Below, one piece after another: positions 8,886-12,728 of a stretch of 12,728 nucleotides of DNA (position 1 is its first letter; every line of letters starts with the position of its first letter). The notes beneath the pieces were generated by a model. That model had not been told where the DNA came from. It saw nothing but the letters and a program-made list of their open reading frames with translations, and made no database searches. A program made the position numbers and the translations under genes. Origin of the DNA: Octopus sinensis (lineage: Eukaryota); the NCBI RefSeq assembly GCF_006345805.1, contig NW_021826513.1, forward strand, positions 1-12,728, read 5' to 3'.

Positions 8886-9317
8886 TTCCTCAATATGAGA
8901 GTAGATACATAAAGGATACATAGGTATAATTAACTGGTATATCAAGAGATGCAGAGAGACTTGGATATATGCATATTCACAACCACACATTTATTTTATA
9001 CTTTAAACAGCAGAAAGTTATAAAGCTGATTCCCACACTTAAGGACTGAGGGCCTCATGCATGACAGTAAAGACACTCACTAAAACAATGAGCGTGTTTC
9101 TTATAGTGGAAAATGCAGTTCTTTCTGGAATGTTTGATTAAAGATTTATGCTGGAATCATTTGAAAAATTAGAAACTTTGAATGGTCAGCCTGTTTTATA
9201 TATGGTCTGGGGCAAAATAATAGAAACACCACTTTTTATCTAACTATTTTTCTATTGGCATATTCAAAACTGTTCTTGCCTGTATATAAGTGTTCACAGG
9301 CACTATGTATGTTTTGT

Positions 9318-9593
9318 CAGCCAGGAGAATTCATCTACGAAGCAATTTCCCCAGCTCCCCTTCAGCGTTGATGAAAGCGATGTGGTGGACAAAGGAGAAC
9401 CTGGCTGATCTGGAACCCGACCTAGGCCCCCATATCTACGGCGTTCGCCGCTGGAATAAGGAGTGGTTGGAGATCACGTGGTCGTTAGCCTCAATCGCCA
9501 GGCCTGGTCGGCGTTTGTGAGATGCAACATTGAGGATAAATGAAGCCAGCTTAACCCACCCCGGGTGAATGCTGTAAGAAGAAGAAGAAGATG
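9318..9593 (+). mobile_element. 5'-truncated RTE-clade LINE, family X copy 2, with 13-bp TSD
   Basis: Encodes QPGEFIYEAISPAPLQR**KRCGGQRRTWL and is homologous to 2712-2953. (AAG)n tail. TSD ATGTATGTTTTGT at 9305-9317 and 9594-9606. Confidence 0.82.
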
Positions 9594-9686
9594 ATGTATG
9601 TTTTGTACATGACAGAGCCCTCTGTTTTCTTTTTTGCAAAAATTTATATTTGAATAACTTAAAATGTGTGACCTATCTATTTTCCA

Positions 9687-10001
9687 GTGAAGGCTCATGG
9701 TTCAGTGGTTAGAGTGTCAAGCTTACGATCGTGAGATTGTAAGTTCGATTCCTGGACTGGGCTGCGTGTTGTGTTCTTGAGCAAGACACTTTATTTCACG
9801 TTGCTCCAGTTAACACAGCTGTAGAAATGAGTTGCAACATCACTGGTGCCAAGCTATATTAAACCAGTGGTGTTGAGAGGGGAGGCTGGTAAGCATAGGC
9901 GACTGCTAGCCTTCCATAAACAACCTTGCCCAGACTTGTGCCTCGGAGGGTAACTTTCTAGGTGCAATCCCATGGTCATTCATGACTGAAGGGGATCTCC
10001 C
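9687..10001 (+). mobile_element. tRNA-derived CORE-type SINE with 12-bp TSD, inside the Tc1 ORF
   Basis: A box TGGTTCAGTGG, B box GTTCGATTCC, CORE-like TTCTTGAGCAAGACACTTTA. TSD ATCTATTTTCCA at 9675-9686 and 10002-10013. Confidence 0.85.
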
Positions 10002-10117
10002 ATCTATTTTCCAAAGAGGACAATTTGTTGAAGTGCAGATAACCAGAGCTTCAGTCTCTAAAATAATGGCATTTTACCACATTAAAACCAGCTCTAGCAA
10101 GTATAATTCTGGGCAGA

Positions 10118-10191
<74 letters not shown>
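10118..10191. repeat. (AG)n microsatellite
   Basis: 74 nt with one interruption at 10139-10140. Confidence 0.95.
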
Positions 10192-10195
<4 letters not shown>

Positions 10196-10963
10196 AGAAT
10201 AGTGAAACATATTGTGTTTACAAAACCATCAAACCACCCTGGCAAGAGTGACATCAGAGATAAACCAGCACCATGGCAACCAAAATTACGCATCATGAGC
10301 TCCATAAAGCTGGACATCATGGGAGGGCTACAACTGTGAAACCTTTTCAGTCCCCCTTCAACATTGATAAGCAGAAGTCATCAGTGGTTCAGTATCATTT
10401 TCTATGATAAATTAGCTTTTTTCCCCCCACTTTGAGACAAGTTTATGTCTAAATATAGCCCAAAGATTTCAACTCTTACTGTTTGGCCACTACTGTGAAG
10501 CATGAAGATTTCTGTGATGATTTAGGCAGCTATGTCACAGAATTCTCAAGGTCTTTTAGCTTTTCTTCATGGCAGAAGATTATCTGAGTATTTTGGCTGA
10601 TTGTATCCATCCAATGGAACAAACATTATTCACATAATCGTAATGCTATTTTCCAAGGATGCTAATCTGCCAATTAACATGATTAATGTTATCCAATATT
10701 GATATAAAGAACACAAAAGTGAAGTGGATGACTTGGATTGACTCCAACCCCAACTCCACAATCATCATATCTCAGTATGATTAAACAATTATGGTACACT
10801 TTAGAATAGCAAGCAAGGAGCCACTTACCTCTGGTATTATTGTTGAAAGACCTACAACAGGTTTTACTAGAAGAATGACTCAAAATTGACCTAAAACTAT
10901 TCAGAACTTCAATTTCTTGATCTATCAAAGCTGAAATTAATGCCAGGGGAGGGTCAGCCATTA

Positions 10964-11005
10964 CTCTCTCTCTCTCTCTCTCTGTGCCTGTGTGTGAATG
11001 TGTGT
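10964..11005. repeat. (CT)n/(GT)n compound microsatellite
   Basis: Seen directly. Confidence 0.8.
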
Positions 11006-11008
11006 TAC

Positions 11009-11148
11009 CAGTTTTTTGTGTACCAAATTCACTCATGAACCATTGATTGGGCGAAGGCTATAGTAGAAAAAACCAGACCAAGGCAATGTGCTACTGCTGA
11101 TTATTGAAACTTATGGCTGCAAAGTAAGCCTCATAAGCACACAGCCAT
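11009..11148 (-). mobile_element. Old SINE head, related to 6791-6945
   Basis: ACCAAATTCACTCA..GGCTATAGTAGAA..CACACAGCCA aligns with the reverse complement of the young SINE head. Confidence 0.55.
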
Positions 11149-11149
11149 C

Positions 11150-11213
11150 TTTTATCTTTTACTTGTTTCAGTCATTAGACAGCAGCCATGCTGGTGAACC
11201 ACCTTGAAGAATT
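11150..11213 (-). mobile_element. SINE 3' tail fragment
   Basis: Reverse complement CCAGCATGGCTGCTGTCTAATGACTGAAACAAGTAAAAGATAAAA matches 7150-7195. Confidence 0.55.
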
Positions 11214-11220
11214 ACCTGTA

Positions 11221-11352
11221 GCCAAAGAGGCAAAAATTGAGTACATCAACATTGAAGATGATGATATCACACTGGCCATAGATGAGATTGACACAAACTC
11301 AGCTGCTGGACCTGATGGATTTCCAGTGATCCTTCTCAAATCATGCTGTTAA
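11221..11352 (+). pseudogene. LINE ORF2 fragment (pre-RT GPDG region; CR1/Jockey-like group)
   Basis: KIEYINIEDDDITLAIDEIDTNSAAGPDGFPVILLKSCC* carries the typical SA.GPDG...LK.C motif. The clade call is tentative. Confidence 0.75.
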
Positions 11353-11654
11353 AAAATTAAAATATAGAATTTGGTATTGAATTATAATAAAGTTATTTAG
11401 AGGCCTGATGATTGGGGTTGCATTTCAAGAAATGTTCCTGTAAAACACTGCGTGCTTAAGAAACGGTAAAAGAACCTCAAGAAACACGTGTAGCAGAGAA
11501 ATTTAGAAATGAGAAGTATTAAAATAAATTTCTTTTATATGGTGTGATGATGGGGACTGCTATCTCTAAATAACATATATTTCCTCATTGAGAATAATTC
11601 ATTTTATTGGAATCCCTGTGATGCCGGAATCTTTATTCCCTAATAAATAAAATA
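11353..11654 (+). mobile_element. Second hammerhead-containing non-autonomous element, PLE pLTR-like
   Basis: Short AT-rich leader, hammerhead, ~160 nt tail with AATAAA at 11642-11647, then (TA)n. Boundaries are approximate. Confidence 0.5.
11395..11502 (+). ncRNA. Type I hammerhead ribozyme motif with extended stem II and weakened stem I
   Basis: AUUUAGAGGC-CUGAUGA-UUGGGGUU-(53 nt)-AACCUCAA-GAAA-CACGUG-UA/GCAGAGAAAU. Stem II is 8 bp with one G-U; stem III is palindromic; stem I has only 2 bp plus 4 bp separated by a 4x4 mismatch. Confidence 0.75.
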
Positions 11655-11670
11655 ATATATATATATATAT
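11655..11670. repeat. (TA)n microsatellite
   Basis: Seen directly. Confidence 0.85.
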
Positions 11671-12728
11671 GCAATCCAAGGTACTTTGAATGGGCTGGGG
11701 CTATGCAAAACTGGTGCAGGAAGCAGCCTGGGTCTTTGCAGTCACAGCATATCTCCAGAAATCTCGGTCCTTCGTCATTGCCTCTATGAAGCCCAACGCT
11801 CGGAGGTCATGCTTGACTACCTCATCCCATGTCTTCCTGGGTCTACCTCTCCCCCTGATACCTTCAACTGTTTGGGAGTGGCACTTCTTCACACATCTCT
11901 CCTCATCCATCTGCAGTGCATGACCATACCATTGCAAGCGTCTCTCTTGCACACATCTGATGCTTCTTATGTCCAGCATTTCTCTCAGGACGCTTACACC
12001 CTGTCGTGTGTGCACACTGACATTACACATCCAGTGGATCACGTTAGCTTCATTTCTTTCAAGTCTACGTATGTCCTCTGCAGTCACAGCCCATATTTCA
12101 CTACCGTGAAGCATGGCAGTTCACACACATGCATCATACAATCTACCTTTCGCTCTGAGCGAGAGACCCTTTGTCACCAGTAGGGGTAGGAGCTTTCTAA
12201 ACTTTGCCCAGGCTATTCGTATTCTAGTAGTGACACTCTCTGAGCATCCACCTCCACTACTAACTTGGTCACCTAGGTAGCGGAAACTATCAACTACTAG
12301 TTTCTCCCCCTGGAGTGTGATGGAATCTGTTTTCTGAGTATCTTATCAGTTAATTTTCCTTTGATGTTACTGCACCTCTTATGTATCCATAGCTTACACT
12401 GGGTACATCTTATGGAGTTTCTACCTACACGTTTCCTACAGATTGAGCAGGGCCACCTGCCCGAGGGTGTGTGTGATGAGTTCGCCTTTCTGATTACTAT
12501 AACTTTGGTCTTTGCTATATTTACTCTTAGGTCCTTTGATTCTAAACCTTGCTTCCACACTCGAAATTTCTTTTCTAGTTCCAGTAGTGATTCTGCTATG
12601 AGGGCCAGGTCATCAGCATAGAGGAGCTCCCAGGGGCAACCTGTTTTGAATTCCTCTGTTATTGCCTGGAGGACTATGATGAATAAAAGGGGACTGAGGG
12701 CTGAGCCTTGGTGGACACCTACTTCTAC
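11671..12728 (-). mobile_element. RTE-clade LINE, RT core to C-terminus, decayed; continues beyond the window
   Basis: VGVHQGSALSPLLF..PWELLYADDL..LRVNIAKTKV..FRYLGD..MLHGSEIW..RRLQWYGH..RGRGRPRKTWDEVV..D..DRDFWR. Frameshifting deletion near 12340, TGA from CGA at 12121-12123, ORF stop at 11701. Confidence 0.95.

Larger units (their letters stand above)
9201..10965 (+). mobile_element. Decayed Tc1/mariner DNA transposon (host of nested insertions)
   Basis: Left end TA-TGGTCTGGGGCAAAATAATAGAAACACC resembles Tc1 TIRs, followed by the transposase remnant. The right TIR was not found. Confidence 0.65.
9664..10965 (+). pseudogene. Tc1-family (DD34E-type) transposase pseudogene
   Basis: After removing the SINE and (AG)n: MCDLSIFQRGQFV...SVSKIM...KTSSSKYNSGQK..ERDCRIVKHIV..HQTTLARVTSEINQH..HELHKAGHHGRATTVKP..QWFSIIFYD..RQVYV..CLATTVKH..SVMI*AAMS..DYLSILADCIHPMEQTLF..NAIFQ(D)..PQSSYLSMIKQLW..LEE*LKI..INARGG. 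Many stops and frameshifts; the catalytic E reads as K. Confidence 0.85.

Noticed and set aside
9100-9300. Translation resembling an L1/Tx1 C-terminus (FFLEC..W..; VLYGL..N..LA..YKC)
   Set aside because: It needs frameshifts, and 9201-9300 is better explained as the Tc1 left end; likely coincidence.
10379-10385. Minus-strand CTGATGA
   Set aside because: Lies in the Tc1 remnant, with no matching GAAA or stem partners.
11002-11025. Candidate right TIR of the Tc1 element
   Set aside because: Weak match, and the same bases align better with the minus-strand SINE at 11009-11148.
10051-11036. Minus-strand ORFs 10051-10320 and 10689-11036
   Set aside because: Antisense to the Tc1 transposase remnant and running through microsatellites.
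12610-12616. Minus-strand CTGATGA
   Set aside because: It is simply the A-D-D codons of the YADD motif.
11686-12621. Plus-strand ORFs of 77-165 aa
   Set aside because: Antisense shadows of the RTE ORF.

Overview
AT-rich eukaryotic, almost entirely repeat-derived DNA with no supportable host protein-coding exon. The tRNA-derived SINE and RTE families resemble octopus/cephalopod repeats (inference from memory, no search run). Contents: (TA)n and (AG)n microsatellites; several tRNA-derived SINEs; four pieces of RTE-clade LINEs, including a ~1 kb RT/C-terminal piece running off the right edge; three non-autonomous Helitron-like elements; a decayed Tc1 transposase carrying nested insertions; a short LINE ORF2 fragment; and a decayed Penelope-like element (PLE) with a GIY-YIG endonuclease remnant. 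The most notable signals are two unrelated type I hammerhead ribozyme motifs (1259-1390 minus, 11395-11502 plus). Each has an intact catalytic core, a palindromic stem III and an enlarged stem II, and each sits in a short non-coding unit ending at a (TA)n tract. There is also a ~230 bp direct duplication flanking a young SINE. Most ORFs in the supplied track are artefacts of microsatellites or antisense TE sequence.
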